A stretch of DNA of 64,000 nucleotides from an uncultured Candidatus Saccharibacteria bacterium (GTDB lineage Bacteria > Patescibacteriota > Doudnabacteria > UBA920), in NCBI GenBank assembly GCA_964631145.1, contig CAZVXT010000001.1, positions 255,151 through 319,150 of the forward strand, in the 5' to 3' direction. Of the stretch, positions 39,215-50,291 are shown piece after piece (within the stretch, counting starts at the first letter, position 1; every line of letters starts with the position of its first letter). The notes beneath the pieces are model-generated. The model saw nothing but the letters and a program-made list of their open reading frames with translations, made no database searches and was not told the origin of the DNA. The position numbers and the translations under genes were made by a program.

Positions 39215-40333
39215 ATGATTATTGGGATTAACGGCAATAATTTATTGGCTCCAATTAAGCTAGTTGCTAACCAAGAATTTTTATCCGGTGCATTAGGTGA
39301 TGCTAAGTTGCATTATTTAAGTAGAAGAGATATTGCGATCTCTGCTTTAGATTTAGAATCTTCAAACATCGAAACATTGATCAAGCAATCAGTTGAATGC
39401 AAAGACAATGACTCTGTTATAGAAAGATCTTATGAAACAGAAGAATTATTGCGCTCATCTACTAGTAAGTTTTTTACTGCGGCTCATAACGCGTTTGATT
39501 TGCACGCAAATTTTACACTGCGTCCAGAAGTGGTTTGGTATATGATTGTTCATGAAGTTGCTATTTGCGTCAAGCAAAATAGTAAACAATATGCACATCT
39601 ATTTACTAAAAGCCCTGATAAAAAAGTATTACTTGAAGTTATTGATAACTCGTTAATTTATGGATCAGAAGAAAATAATTGGGATGATACCATTGAGATG
39701 TTTAGGCAAAAGTTATCCGAACATATATCGCCATTAGTGTTAAGTTTATTTTTAACAAAATTTTCTACTAGCGACAAAGAATCTGATCTTGCAACATTGT
39801 TGGCATTTATGGATACAGTTTCTAGTTATTATAAGTATCAAGTTAATACATTGTGCGGTATTCCTCAAATTAAGATTGCTGGCACAAGAGGTGACTGGAT
39901 GATGTTGGTATATAAAGTTAATGAATTAATGACTTTGTTTGAGCCGCTTAAGCAGTATTTTGTAGAATTAAAATCAGTATTGCAAACTATTTGTGATACA
40001 CTACACGGCGAAGTTATAGAAGCTGATTTCTGGAAGTCCTTTTACAAATTTAAAGAAAGCTCTGGCTCGGCATCCGTAACAGGTTGGATAAATACTTTTT
40101 TTGCTTATTTAATTCATCCAATGAACAACAGTTTGGTGCTCAAATCTGATTTTCAGTGGGGCATAGAATTGGGATATAAAATGGATTTGTTGCCTCAACA
40201 TATTACCAGTGTTGACTTTAATTGGAATTATTACGAGACTGATATTGCGATGAAGTTTTTTGCTGGAATAATTGGCGTTGAAAATGACAATGGTTTTTTA
40301 ACACCACGACTGGGCTTTGGGGTTGCCGAATAA
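39215..40333 (+). CDS. hypothetical protein
   Basis: the track ORF starts at 39206, directly abutting the AAGGAGG SD; the second ATG at 39215 has proper spacing; no recognised domain. Confidence 0.35.
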   Translation: MIIGINGNNLLAPIKLVANQEFLSGALGDAKLHYLSRRDIAISALDLESSNIETLIKQSVECKDNDSVIERSYETEELLRSSTSKFFTAAHNAFDLHANFTLRPEVVWYMIVHEVAICVKQNSKQYAHLFTKSPDKKVLLEVIDNSLIYGSEENNWDDTIEMFRQKLSEHISPLVLSLFLTKFSTSDKESDLATLLAFMDTVSSYYKYQVNTLCGIPQIKIAGTRGDWMMLVYKVNELMTLFEPLKQYFVELKSVLQTICDTLHGEVIEADFWKSFYKFKESSGSASVTGWINTFFAYLIHPMNNSLVLKSDFQWGIELGYKMDLLPQHITSVDFNWNYYETDIAMKFFAGIIGVENDNGFLTPRLGFGVAE

Positions 40334-40561
40334 TCATTAAGATAAAAAAATAGAAGCGAAATTTTCGCTTCTTTTTATTTAAATAAAATTATACATCCCG
40401 CTATTGAGATTGCTATTCCTAATATTGTAGATATGTATCTGTGTTTTTATTCTCAAAAACCATATAGTAAATGCTTTAAAGTGTCCTGGTATCATAAAAC
40501 CTCCTATAGAGCATTATATTACTATAATAAAAATATTTTTACAATCCGTTTTATTTGGTTG

Positions 40562-40915
40562 TTACGAGTTGTGATAAACATCTCCGTCATTCAGGAGTTG
40601 TATAATACCAAAGCAGACTAATACAGAAACAACTGAAATTGCTAATTTTTGGAATGCAGAAAAAGTTACAGGCAGGTCGTTTGTAAACAGTAAATAATTG
40701 AAAATTATCACGAGTAAGAGTACTGCATAGTTACGACTTGTTTTGGAAGTGTAATCTTGATTTCTAGCTAACATATAGCTATATTCAACTATCCAAAATA
40801 TCCAAGAGATCGCTATAATTAACAATCTAAATGGATAAAATATCCAAAGCAATATTTTATATGGAGTGGAGAATTGGTTATTTGTATAATCAGGGTCTAT
40901 TAAGACTTTTTCCAT
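40562..40915 (-). CDS. small membrane protein
   Basis: 117 aa, 3 hydrophobic helices. Confidence 0.3.
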   Translation of the reverse strand: MEKVLIDPDYTNNQFSTPYKILLWIFYPFRLLIIAISWIFWIVEYSYMLARNQDYTSKTSRNYAVLLLVIIFNYLLFTNDLPVTFSAFQKLAISVVSVLVCFGIIQLLNDGDVYHNS

Positions 40916-41989
40916 TTACTTTTGAATTAATTTTTCATAGTCGAACCAGTTATCTAATTCGTTTTTAATTTTTACATATCCCGCAACGTTTGTTCTTGTT
41001 CCGATGTATAACCCTAAATGCAGATGTTTTCGTTCATCACCATTTTCACTTGAGTTAGCTTTTCCTAATACTCCCAAGCTTGTTCCTGGCATAAGATATT
41101 CATTAACCTTATACTTAACGCTATCTAATTTCATATGCCCATAAGATACAGTAAATCTTTGATTTCCGATTTCGCATTGTTGCATGATTAAACCGCCATA
41201 GCCAGAAACTGTATTTTTGCTTATCAGGGGTCCACCGCAAATAGTATTTATTTTTACATCATGATTTAATTCGTCATCATTTAAAATTTCAAAATCTGTA
41301 CCTGTATGATAACCAGAAAATTTTTCTGGGGAAACAGGGGAGTTGTTAGGAGAAACTTGTGTGCCAAAATGTTTTTTGGTAATTCTTTTTTGAGAATCTT
41401 GTAGGGGTTCTCGTAACGAAGACTTGTCATTATAAAAGTTTAAGCTCTCAGTAAATTTATCAAAAATTGACTGCGATAGCTGTGGGTTGTATGCTATGAC
41501 AAAAAAATTAGATGGGTTGCTTTCAGAATAGCGAACGTCTATGAGTTTATGTTTTTGACTTCGCCACAATGGTTGGTTAACAAAATTTGGAACCTCATCT
41601 TTCTTGATGATTTCATATTTAATTGCTTTGTGTCCTTTCAACAAAGTTTCTTGCTTGCTTAAAATATTTACTGTATTTAGAGTTAAAAATTGATTTGAAG
41701 TAAAATAAGAAATATATATTTCTGACTTTTCTAAATTATTATTTGCCTGGTTCTCTGGATTATAAATATTGAGACTTTTAGTAGCGGGTATGTATTCTAT
41801 TTGCCAGTTTTGGGGGATTTGTGAAGAAAATTGATAGTTAGAGTTAAAGTGTGAAAAATCTAAGTCTTTAAAATTTCGTTCTTCTGGAGAATTGGTTTTT
41901 TGTAAGTTGTTTGTTTGAACTCTGTTGTCATTACTGCATCCGCCAGCCAGTAAGGTGATAACAATAAGAGATGATAAAAATTTATTCAT
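40916..41989 (-). CDS. M23-family metallopeptidase lipoprotein (LytM-like)
   Basis: HTGTDF (HxxxD) and KHLHLGLY (HxH) zinc motifs; lipobox LLAGGC after the internal Met (MNKFLSSLIVITLLAGGCS), so start placed at 41989 rather than 42082. Confidence 0.6.
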   Translation of the reverse strand: MNKFLSSLIVITLLAGGCSNDNRVQTNNLQKTNSPEERNFKDLDFSHFNSNYQFSSQIPQNWQIEYIPATKSLNIYNPENQANNNLEKSEIYISYFTSNQFLTLNTVNILSKQETLLKGHKAIKYEIIKKDEVPNFVNQPLWRSQKHKLIDVRYSESNPSNFFVIAYNPQLSQSIFDKFTESLNFYNDKSSLREPLQDSQKRITKKHFGTQVSPNNSPVSPEKFSGYHTGTDFEILNDDELNHDVKINTICGGPLISKNTVSGYGGLIMQQCEIGNQRFTVSYGHMKLDSVKYKVNEYLMPGTSLGVLGKANSSENGDERKHLHLGLYIGTRTNVAGYVKIKNELDNWFDYEKLIQK

Positions 41990-42033
41990 ACATGTAATAT
42001 AACAAAAAATCGCCACTAAGGCGATTTTGTAAA

Positions 42034-42336
42034 TTAGATTATGTTTATAATTAAGAGAATAATAAGTGCAATAGAAAGCCATCCCAAGGTGTATACAAAT
42101 AATCTGATAGATTCTACTCTTTGCCCACTTATAAACATTAACACTGGTCTGCCTAAAATTAAGCTTGAGGTAACAGCCGCAGAAAAAACGAATAATGTAA
42201 GCATTGTTATGCCCGCGATAAGTTCGTTTTTAAACTGCATTGATTTTCCTGCCGCATTCATAATCGTAACGAGTAAGGCTATGTAAGCTATGGTGCCTAA
42301 AGAATTTATAAAGCTCCACTTAATAATATTTTTCAT
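42034..42336 (-). CDS. small 3-TM membrane protein
   Basis: 100 aa hydrophobic ORF. Confidence 0.3.
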   Translation of the reverse strand: MKNIIKWSFINSLGTIAYIALLVTIMNAAGKSMQFKNELIAGITMLTLFVFSAAVTSSLILGRPVLMFISGQRVESIRLFVYTLGWLSIALIILLIINII

Positions 42337-42419
42337 ATTGTTTGATTAACTTAAATTATAAAAGACCTCTCTTTAATTATACGCAGAAATTTGCTAAAAG
42401 TAACATTTTAAAATATTCT

Positions 42420-44177
42420 TTAACTTATTCTGTTTTGGTGCAATAGCATCTCAAGAGCATGATCCATAGAGCCGGCTTTTATGACATTTCCAGAATTAAC
42501 AAAGTATATTTCATCTGCATTTTGAATAGTATTTAAGCGATGCGCGATAATCACTTTGGTTGTGGTAGGGGGTAAGTTTTTTAATATATCTTCTAGTAGT
42601 TGTTCTGTTACAGTATCTATGTTTGCAGTTGCTTCATCTAATATTAGTAGTTGCGGATTTCTTAGGACTGCACGCATAAACGCTATAAGTTGTTTTTGCC
42701 CCAGGCTTACACCGTCTTCACTAGCAACAATTTTAGTTTCTAGACCTTGGTCAAATCTTTCTAATAACGATTCTAAGCCAAATTTATGTATTACCTCGGT
42801 TAGTTTTTGGCTGTCATAAGAACCGTATTCTTCATTTGCATATAGAATATTATCTTTGACTGTTCCTGTAAACATAATAGGTTCTTGGAGTATAAAGCCA
42901 ATAGCTTTGGTTCTGTCTTCATTGGAATAGCTACGGATATCTTTACCGTTGAAAGCTACTATTCCTGATGTTGGGTCATATAGTCTCGCCATCAAAGAAG
43001 CTGTAGTTGTTTTTCCTCCTCCTGTCGGACCTACCAGGGCATATGTTTTTCCTTGTTCTAAATTAAGATTAATATGATGAAGTACTTCTTTGCCGTTAGG
43101 GTAGTTAAAGCTCACGTCTTTAAATTCTAATAACGCTGAAGTTTGATTTGCAGAGTTGTCATCTAAAATTGGCAAGTTGTTTTCCATAACTAAAATTTCA
43201 TGAACTCTATCCCAGCTTGCCAACGCTGTTTGAAAGTTAGCCCATAACGCAGCTAATTGTCTAAGTGGATTGTAAAAGTTATTAGCATACAGTATAAAAC
43301 TAAGCAAAAGCCCTATTGTAAAATTACCGCTGGATATTAGTGATATACCATAAGCAAGTACGATTAATTGTCCTATGTTAGAAGCTAGTCCATAAATTGG
43401 TACGAAAGTGTTATTTGCTATACCCGCATCTACTGCAGATAAGTAATTTTCATTGTTAACTTCGGCAAAGCGACTTTTAAAATAATCACGACGGTTAAAC
43501 GTAATGATAACTTTAAAATTATTCAAGCTTTCTTGAATCTCAGAACTTAATCCACCCAAACTTTTCGCATTGACAAGGTTTTTATTTTTAACCCATGATG
43601 ATAATGTCAAAGTAATCACAAGTAAAAACAGGGCTGGAAATAAAGTAGCGGCTCCTAGTTTGACATTTAAGCTTAACAAGAATACTGCCGCACCAATCAT
43701 AATAAAGATGCTGCCAAAAAATTGAACTAAGGATTGCGAAAAGAATTGATTAATCTTATCTGTATCGTTATTGATTCTTGAGATAAGATCACCGGCTTTA
43801 TTTTGATTAAAGAATGCAATTGGTAAAGATTGCAGTTTATTGAATATTTGATTACGTAATCTGAATAATACTCTTTGCCCAACACCTCCCATTAAACGAG
43901 TTTGTAAATAACTAGTGATTAAGCCTAATAAATATATTATAAGAATAAAACCAGAGTAAGTTAGTACCCCGTGGTAATCTCGATTTGTTATGTAGGTATC
44001 AACTGTATGGGCGATTAACCGTGGTGCATAAAGATTAAGTAGTGAGTTTGCAATTACTGCAGCTAGTGCAGCGATTATAAACTTTTTTTCTTCAGATATA
44101 AGAACCCATAATTTTTTTGCAGCTTGTAATAAAGAGTTGTCTTGAGGGTTGTTATTTGTATTTAAATTGTAGCTCAT
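42420..44177 (-). CDS. ABC exporter, fused permease and ATPase (half-transporter)
   Basis: 6 TM segments, then a nucleotide-binding domain with Walker A GPTGGGKTT and signature SLGQKQLIAF. Confidence 0.75.
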   Translation of the reverse strand: MSYNLNTNNNPQDNSLLQAAKKLWVLISEEKKFIIAALAAVIANSLLNLYAPRLIAHTVDTYITNRDYHGVLTYSGFILIIYLLGLITSYLQTRLMGGVGQRVLFRLRNQIFNKLQSLPIAFFNQNKAGDLISRINNDTDKINQFFSQSLVQFFGSIFIMIGAAVFLLSLNVKLGAATLFPALFLLVITLTLSSWVKNKNLVNAKSLGGLSSEIQESLNNFKVIITFNRRDYFKSRFAEVNNENYLSAVDAGIANNTFVPIYGLASNIGQLIVLAYGISLISSGNFTIGLLLSFILYANNFYNPLRQLAALWANFQTALASWDRVHEILVMENNLPILDDNSANQTSALLEFKDVSFNYPNGKEVLHHINLNLEQGKTYALVGPTGGGKTTTASLMARLYDPTSGIVAFNGKDIRSYSNEDRTKAIGFILQEPIMFTGTVKDNILYANEEYGSYDSQKLTEVIHKFGLESLLERFDQGLETKIVASEDGVSLGQKQLIAFMRAVLRNPQLLILDEATANIDTVTEQLLEDILKNLPPTTTKVIIAHRLNTIQNADEIYFVNSGNVIKAGSMDHALEMLLHQNRIS

Positions 44178-45898
44178 AAAGTATTTGTACTTTGTTGTGA
44201 ATTATAAATCTGTACGTACTCTGGAGATGTGTCCATTAAGTGTTGGTGTGTTCCAGTGCCAATGATTTCTCCTTCCATAATTAGAACAATTTGTTCATAT
44301 TGTTCTATTGGTCCTATAGATTGGGTTACAGAAACTAAAGTTAAATTAGGATAATTAGAACCAATGTTTTCGAGAATCTTCTTTTCTGTGCTTGCGTCCA
44401 CTCTGGCGGTAAATTCATCTAAGAATAAAACTTTTGGATTTAAAGCTAAGGCTCGCGCAAGCATGATTCTTTGCTTTTGCCCACCTGACAGGCTTGTACC
44501 ACGTTCTGATACTATAGAGTCTAGTCCAGCAGGCAGAGTTTGTATAAAATCGCTAAGTTCTGCTGTTGAGATAGCTTTCTGAAAATCTTCTTTGGTTACT
44601 TCAGAGTTAAAAGCAATATTCTCTTTCAAGCTCATATTAAAAATAATACTATCTTGAAATACTATACCAACTTGCTTATAAAAATCTTCTTTTTTGTATT
44701 CCTGTAAATTTATTCCATCATATTTAACTTGACCGCTTGTAGGGGACACTAACCCAACCATAGTGTTTAACAATTGTGTTTTTCCTGCAGCTGTTGGTCC
44801 AATTATAGCGACACGACTACCAGATTTGATTTGTAAAGACACATCTCGTAGCGCTGATTTTTCGCCAAATAGTAAATTTAAGTTTTGAATTTCAATATCT
44901 CCATTTATAGGTGTTGTGATTGTTCCTTCGTCTGGTGCTGGTGGTGAAGATAAAACTTCTGAGATTCTGCCATAAGAAGCTTGGGCTTGTGCCATAATAT
45001 TGCTAACAAAACCCAAAATTAAAATTGGAAATATCAAAATCATCAAATAGCTTTGAAAGGAGGCAAAGTCACCTAAGTTCATACTGCCATTGATAATAAA
45101 TTTTCCTCCTAAAACTAAAATTATTAAAATAGCTAAATTAGAACAAAAAGTAATTACTGGTATGACCGCAGAAAACAATTTTAAAATACCGGTTCCCACA
45201 TCTCTTGCTTGTGAATTGGCTTGGATAAACTTTTCGTGCTCCAGGTTTTGAGAATTTAAAACTCTAATTAAAGATGCTCCTAATATACTTTCGTTTATAA
45301 CCTTGTTTAGCCAGTCGATAATTTCTCTGGTTCTCATAAACAAGCTTCTTACTTTTCCTAGGACAAAGAAAAATGTTATTCCGATAATTGGTAATACACT
45401 TAAAACAGCTAGCCCTAATTTCCAGTTAATACTAATTAGCAAATAGCTACCGCCAATTATTAAAAATAAGGAAGATACAATATTAACAATCGCTTGAGAA
45501 ACAAAGTTCTTTACCGAATCTACATCAGAGGTTAAATTGGTTAGTAGTTTGGCTGATGTTGCTTGTTGTACTTCTGCAAAGGTTTGTGTGGAAATTTTAT
45601 CAGACAAGTTGTTTCGTAGGTCTTTAGCAACAGATTCTGAAGCATAAGTTTGAACTATATTTTGTAAGTAGGTGAGTATAAAAATTACAGCACCTGCTAT
45701 TCCATATTTCCACAACACTGTATTAATAGATCCTTGTGTAAAAAAGTCGTTAATTCCGTGTGATAATAATCTTGGCAACCATAAAGTTAGACCATTGCTA
45801 ACCAATGCTAGGATTATTAAAGGTATAATAAAGTGCTTATAAGGTTTTAGAAGTCCAATTAAATTAGGTTTACTTGGGCTTTGAGAGTCACTGCTCAT
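44174..45898 (-). CDS. ABC exporter, fused permease and ATPase (partner half-transporter)
   Basis: GPTAAGKTQ, LSGGQKQRIMLARAL; 4-nt overlap with the downstream partner suggests a heterodimer. Confidence 0.75.
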   Translation of the reverse strand: MSSDSQSPSKPNLIGLLKPYKHFIIPLIILALVSNGLTLWLPRLLSHGINDFFTQGSINTVLWKYGIAGAVIFILTYLQNIVQTYASESVAKDLRNNLSDKISTQTFAEVQQATSAKLLTNLTSDVDSVKNFVSQAIVNIVSSLFLIIGGSYLLISINWKLGLAVLSVLPIIGITFFFVLGKVRSLFMRTREIIDWLNKVINESILGASLIRVLNSQNLEHEKFIQANSQARDVGTGILKLFSAVIPVITFCSNLAILIILVLGGKFIINGSMNLGDFASFQSYLMILIFPILILGFVSNIMAQAQASYGRISEVLSSPPAPDEGTITTPINGDIEIQNLNLLFGEKSALRDVSLQIKSGSRVAIIGPTAAGKTQLLNTMVGLVSPTSGQVKYDGINLQEYKKEDFYKQVGIVFQDSIIFNMSLKENIAFNSEVTKEDFQKAISTAELSDFIQTLPAGLDSIVSERGTSLSGGQKQRIMLARALALNPKVLFLDEFTARVDASTEKKILENIGSNYPNLTLVSVTQSIGPIEQYEQIVLIMEGEIIGTGTHQHLMDTSPEYVQIYNSQQSTNTL

Positions 45899-45921
45899 AT
45901 ATGAATTATATTTTTTAAATA

Positions 45922-46485
45922 TTAATTATTGCTTTGCTTAACAAATTTTAGAATATTAAGCTTCGGTATTTTACTAATCGAATTATTCGTTATCAAATTA
46001 AAGGAGTATTGATTTGCTAATTCTTCAAATTGATCAATCGTATAAAATTTTTCAAAGTGGTAAGGCTCGTGGCATCTAATGCTATTATATATAATTTGGG
46101 AAAGCTCATTTTGAGGAAATATATCTAGAACATAAAATTGTCCTTGAGGTTGTAAAATTCTGCCAACTTCTGCGAGTGTCTGATTTATGTTTTTATAATG
46201 ATGCAAGGACATCAGACATGTGATTACATCAAAAGTTTGATTTAAGAACTGGGTCTGATCTGAAGAAGTTTTATGAAATTTAATTATATCACTATCAAAT
46301 TTGTGATCAACAATGTCAATGCCATATAAATCTAACTGATTAGTTTTATCTTGTGACTTTATCAACTTTAATAATTTACCATCACCACACGATAAATCCA
46401 GAAGTTTGCCTTCAATTGGCAAATTTACATTATTTAAAAATTTAGCGGACCTGTTTATAGAACGCTTTTCTCCATTTAGCAACAT
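45922..46485 (-). CDS. class I SAM-dependent methyltransferase
   Basis: motif I LLDLSCGDGKLL, motif II-like DVITC. Confidence 0.55.
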   Translation of the reverse strand: MLLNGEKRSINRSAKFLNNVNLPIEGKLLDLSCGDGKLLKLIKSQDKTNQLDLYGIDIVDHKFDSDIIKFHKTSSDQTQFLNQTFDVITCLMSLHHYKNINQTLAEVGRILQPQGQFYVLDIFPQNELSQIIYNSIRCHEPYHFEKFYTIDQFEELANQYSFNLITNNSISKIPKLNILKFVKQSNN

Positions 46486-46569
46486 ATATGTAGATTAACA
46501 AAAAACCGCTTATTAAGCGATTAATTGTTCAATCATTATGATTAAATAATTGTCTTAACTAAAGTAAAG

Positions 46570-47883
46570 TTATTTCCAATTTTTAGGTTTTTTTGAGAAT
46601 TTTTTTCTGAAATTTTTATTTTCAAAATGTCGTTGCTGGTTTTTACCAGAAATAGGATGATGCTCGGTTTTTGGCAATGTTTTATGCTCTTTATTTTGGT
46701 CTGCCGTTACTGCTTGGAGCTTGTCATTTAATTTTTTTCTAGGAAGTTGCTTTTTGATTAACCTTTCAATAATTTTAACGTCCCTAGATTGATTGTGTGT
46801 AGCAAAGGAAATTGCATGACCGGTCTGATTAGCTCTACCAGTTCTACCGATACGGTGTACATAATCTTCCGCTTGGTCAGGTAAGTCGTAGTTGATGACT
46901 AATTGAATACCAGAAACATCTATACCTCGTGCAGCAATATCTGTCGCCACTAAAACTCTATATGTTCCAAGTTTAAAACCTTGCAAAGAATCCAAGCGCT
47001 GGTTTAGTGTTCTATTAGAATGGATTTCAGTAGAGGTAATTCCAGCAGTGCGGATATCTTTAGCAATTTTTTTAGCACCAAATTTGGTTCGAGCAAAAAC
47101 TAATATACTACCTTTGTATTCTTTTAGTGTTTGAAGTAGTAAAGGCATTTTTTGGCGTTGCTCTATAAAATAAATTTCTTGTGTTACAGATTTTACAGCA
47201 CTTCCTGCTGGAGCAACTTCAATTCGAAGCGGGGTTTGCATATATGAGTTTGCAATTTTTACAATCTCATTGGGCATGGTTGCAGAGAAGAGTAGAGTCT
47301 GTCTATTTTTTGGTACAGAGTCTAAGATTTTTTTAATTTGTGGTGCGAAGCCCATGTCTAGCATACGGTCGGCTTCATCTAAAACTAAGACACTAGTACT
47401 AGAAATATCTACAGTCTTTTGATTTAAATGATCAATCAATCTTCCTGGAGTAGAAATAATGATATGCGGTTTAGACTTTAAAGTTGCTACTTGTTTGCGA
47501 ATTGGTACGCCGCCAATTAAAATAGCTGTTTTTAATCCAATAGGTGTACCAATTTTTTTGAGGGTCTCATTTACCTGAAGAGCAAGCTCTCTGGTTGGTA
47601 AAATTATTAACCCAGTGCTTCTGTTGTTTGGCTTTGTTCTTTGTTGAGCTAATCTCTGAATCATCGGAATACTAAATGCCAAAGTTTTGCCTGTTCCTGT
47701 TTGTGCAATTCCCATTAAGTCATTGCCTTCTAGTGCGCTAGGTAATGATTGCTCCTGAATTGGAGTAGGGGTAAGAAACTTTTGACGGGTTAGGATTTCT
47801 AAAAGCTTAGGTGCTATGCCTAAGTTGTCAAAAGTTTTTTTGTTAGTTTGCGCCGCTTCGTTTCTGTTGTTTAAGTTATTCAT
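46570..47883 (-). CDS. DEAD-box ATP-dependent RNA helicase
   Basis: Q-motif, AQTGTGKT, DEAD, SAT, HRIGRTGR; basic C-terminal tail. Confidence 0.8.
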   Translation of the reverse strand: MNNLNNRNEAAQTNKKTFDNLGIAPKLLEILTRQKFLTPTPIQEQSLPSALEGNDLMGIAQTGTGKTLAFSIPMIQRLAQQRTKPNNRSTGLIILPTRELALQVNETLKKIGTPIGLKTAILIGGVPIRKQVATLKSKPHIIISTPGRLIDHLNQKTVDISSTSVLVLDEADRMLDMGFAPQIKKILDSVPKNRQTLLFSATMPNEIVKIANSYMQTPLRIEVAPAGSAVKSVTQEIYFIEQRQKMPLLLQTLKEYKGSILVFARTKFGAKKIAKDIRTAGITSTEIHSNRTLNQRLDSLQGFKLGTYRVLVATDIAARGIDVSGIQLVINYDLPDQAEDYVHRIGRTGRANQTGHAISFATHNQSRDVKIIERLIKKQLPRKKLNDKLQAVTADQNKEHKTLPKTEHHPISGKNQQRHFENKNFRKKFSKKPKNWK

Positions 47884-48157
47884 TAAATCTTTCTGTAAAA
47901 GTTATTAGTTAATTTTAGAAAATATAGTTGAAAAGATATTTAAAGCACTATGAGTATAACATTAAATAAGGTTTTTGTATGCCTATATAAAAGGCTGCTA
48001 TTTTGTTAGCCATGCTGTTTAAGTATCAAAATTAAAATGATCGTTTCAATATAGATTTTCCGAATAATATTTCTAAGCAAAACTATAAATTAATATAACT
48101 TGACTTTATATATAATATATGATATAATATTGCCAAATTTAGTTTTTGGAGGAAATT

Positions 48158-49162
48158 ATGATTGGTCAAAATGATATCAAAGGTTTGGTAGCTATTGTTT
48201 CTGGTAAATTGAAAAATAAAACCAGAAAACAGAAAGAACGCATTGTCTGCAATTTTTTACAAGATTTTGCAGTTAAAGGTATGAAATTGCCTGAATATAG
48301 AAATGATCGTTATTTCTATGATTACCATAAACTTTTACTAAGTGTCACTGATTTTATTGAGATGGACTTTCATCTACTATTAGAATTAAAGCTTGGTTTT
48401 AAAAGTAATGATAAAGTAAAGATCATAAATTTTTGGGCAATGAAAAAGCCATTTAACCGGATGTCTGGTAACCGTTCGGCACAAGGTCGTGTTCATACCG
48501 AGATTGTCTGCACGCCTAATGAAATTGTTTTTTTAGAAACAGACTTTGGCGTTGTTAAAGTTAAGCGGAGATATGCTTACGAGGCAGCATTGGAAATCAT
48601 TCTATATAATCTATTTATGGAACTGCGGTTTCTGCATGTTGATGCTATAAGTCATCAGATCATTAGATCAATAAATTCGTTTGCTCGTCCTTTGGCGATA
48701 GTCGAAAATGAAAAAGATGAAAAACTATCAGACTTATTAAGACGTGCTTCTGGTCAAGAAATGAAAATTGCAGATGATTACTTTCGTTACATTGATGCTG
48801 GAAATGATTACCGCATTCAAAAAACTTACAAAGATATAGAGTTGTTTGAAGCTAGTGGTCGTGCTGTTACCGGCAAGAATAGATATACAACCAAAGAGCT
48901 TTTTGATTGTTTAAATAAATTGGGTTATGAAAAAGTCCCAATTCATAAAGCAGTTTTATACACTATGTCTAAAAAACGAGTTGAGAATGCTCGAGACAGA
49001 GTCGTATATTCTGATTTATTTACAGCGGATGGACTTAGTCTTATTCCAACTATTGAGTTGGGATACTATGATGGAAGAAAAGCTGTGTCCGCCAAAATGT
49101 GCGAAATGGAAGATTATTGGTTTGGAAGAACCATGTGGGTCTTTCAAAAGAAGGTCAGATAA
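48158..49162 (+). CDS. hypothetical protein
   Basis: the track ORF starts at a TTG at 48146; the ATG at 48158 sits 5 nt after GGAGG; no recognised domain; terminator at 49173-49203. Confidence 0.35.
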   Translation: MIGQNDIKGLVAIVSGKLKNKTRKQKERIVCNFLQDFAVKGMKLPEYRNDRYFYDYHKLLLSVTDFIEMDFHLLLELKLGFKSNDKVKIINFWAMKKPFNRMSGNRSAQGRVHTEIVCTPNEIVFLETDFGVVKVKRRYAYEAALEIILYNLFMELRFLHVDAISHQIIRSINSFARPLAIVENEKDEKLSDLLRRASGQEMKIADDYFRYIDAGNDYRIQKTYKDIELFEASGRAVTGKNRYTTKELFDCLNKLGYEKVPIHKAVLYTMSKKRVENARDRVVYSDLFTADGLSLIPTIELGYYDGRKAVSAKMCEMEDYWFGRTMWVFQKKVR

Positions 49163-49236
49163 TTCTGGCTAGACTGTGTCAAAAAACACAGTCTTTTTTA
49201 TTTGCAAAAAACATCCCGCGTTGGAGATGTTTTTGC

Positions 49237-49313
49237 TGGGGTGAGTGACGGGTTACGATCCCGCTGCCTCCGCTGCCACAGAGCGGCGCTCTACCGATTG
49301 AGCTACACCCACC
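49237..49313 (-). tRNA. tRNA-His(GUG) with genomically encoded G-1
   Basis: anticodon loop CTGTGGC, extra 5' G opposite discriminator C73, encoded CCA, T-loop ATCGTAA. Confidence 0.8.
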
Positions 49314-49491
49314 ATATTAAAATAAAAACTTACAATGCACAGGCTTTGTAAGAAGTTTATCTGCTGTGCCAGATAGGATTAAATCCGTTAGTATTATAAC
49401 TGTTTTTGATTATATCGTCAATTTAATCAAGCTTTAACGCTTGATTAATTTTGTAATTTTAAGTATAATGTATTTCTTCAAGGAGGATATT

Positions 49492-50250
49492 ATGACAACT
49501 TACACGCAACGATTAAATCGGCTCATTTTGGCATTTGAACAATCAGGTGCCATTAGATCGAATCAAAATTTAGATCAAGATTTAACAAAAATTTTGCTCT
49601 ACTTTAGAGAGATTGAAGGTTTAGTAGAAAAATTTTATTACAACATGGTTTGTAATTTGCCACTAAGTCAGTATCAAGAAATTGTTGAGTTTGCAAAACA
49701 GTGGAGCACAGAAGAAGAAAGACATAAAGTAATTTTAGACTTGTATCTGCAATCTAAAAATATTTATGCTCCAGAAATAACTTCACCAAAGTTGAGTTTG
49801 AAGACAAAATTAACTTTGTTTCTTGCCAAATTTCTTCGTCCTATTACTTTAAGAGTTTATTTGTTAATAGGAATGGTTAACGAAGCAACAACAGCTTCTG
49901 GGTATGGTGCTATTAAAGACCTTGCTTCTGATGTCGATTTAAAAGAAATTGCTGAAGCAATTAAAATTGAAGAATCCCATCACTTTGGTTTTTATAAAAC
50001 TCAAGCTCTAAAGTTGCTTAAAAATAGTTGCATAGAAAAATGTCTAGTAAAATTATTTTTCAAATACTCGTGGCAGCCAGTAGGTAGTGGAGAAGCAAAT
50101 GCACAAAATTGCATTAAGCTTTTATTGGCAAACAAAGAAATATGCTCTAAATTTTATCTTGGGGTAAAAACTAAGTTAAAAGCTTTAGACAATCAACTGC
50201 CTTGGTTTTCTGAATATGTAATTTTAAAACTAAAAGAGTTACACAGTTAA
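49492..50250 (+). CDS. hypothetical protein, possible ferritin-like di-iron fold
   Basis: two ExxH motifs (EEERHK, EESHHF). The track start at 49441 is the TTG of the -35 box of a TTGATT-17-TATAAT promoter (49441-49469); the true ATG at 49492 follows AAGGAGG. Confidence 0.35.
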   Translation: MTTYTQRLNRLILAFEQSGAIRSNQNLDQDLTKILLYFREIEGLVEKFYYNMVCNLPLSQYQEIVEFAKQWSTEEERHKVILDLYLQSKNIYAPEITSPKLSLKTKLTLFLAKFLRPITLRVYLLIGMVNEATTASGYGAIKDLASDVDLKEIAEAIKIEESHHFGFYKTQALKLLKNSCIEKCLVKLFFKYSWQPVGSGEANAQNCIKLLLANKEICSKFYLGVKTKLKALDNQLPWFSEYVILKLKELHS

Positions 50251-50291
50251 AGAAATAATAATGCCTTGTAATATACAAGGCATTTTTTGTT

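Noticed and set aside
40433-40621. 62-aa plus-strand ORF
   Set aside because: Overlaps the 3' end of the convergent minus-strand gene; no SD; low-complexity sequence.
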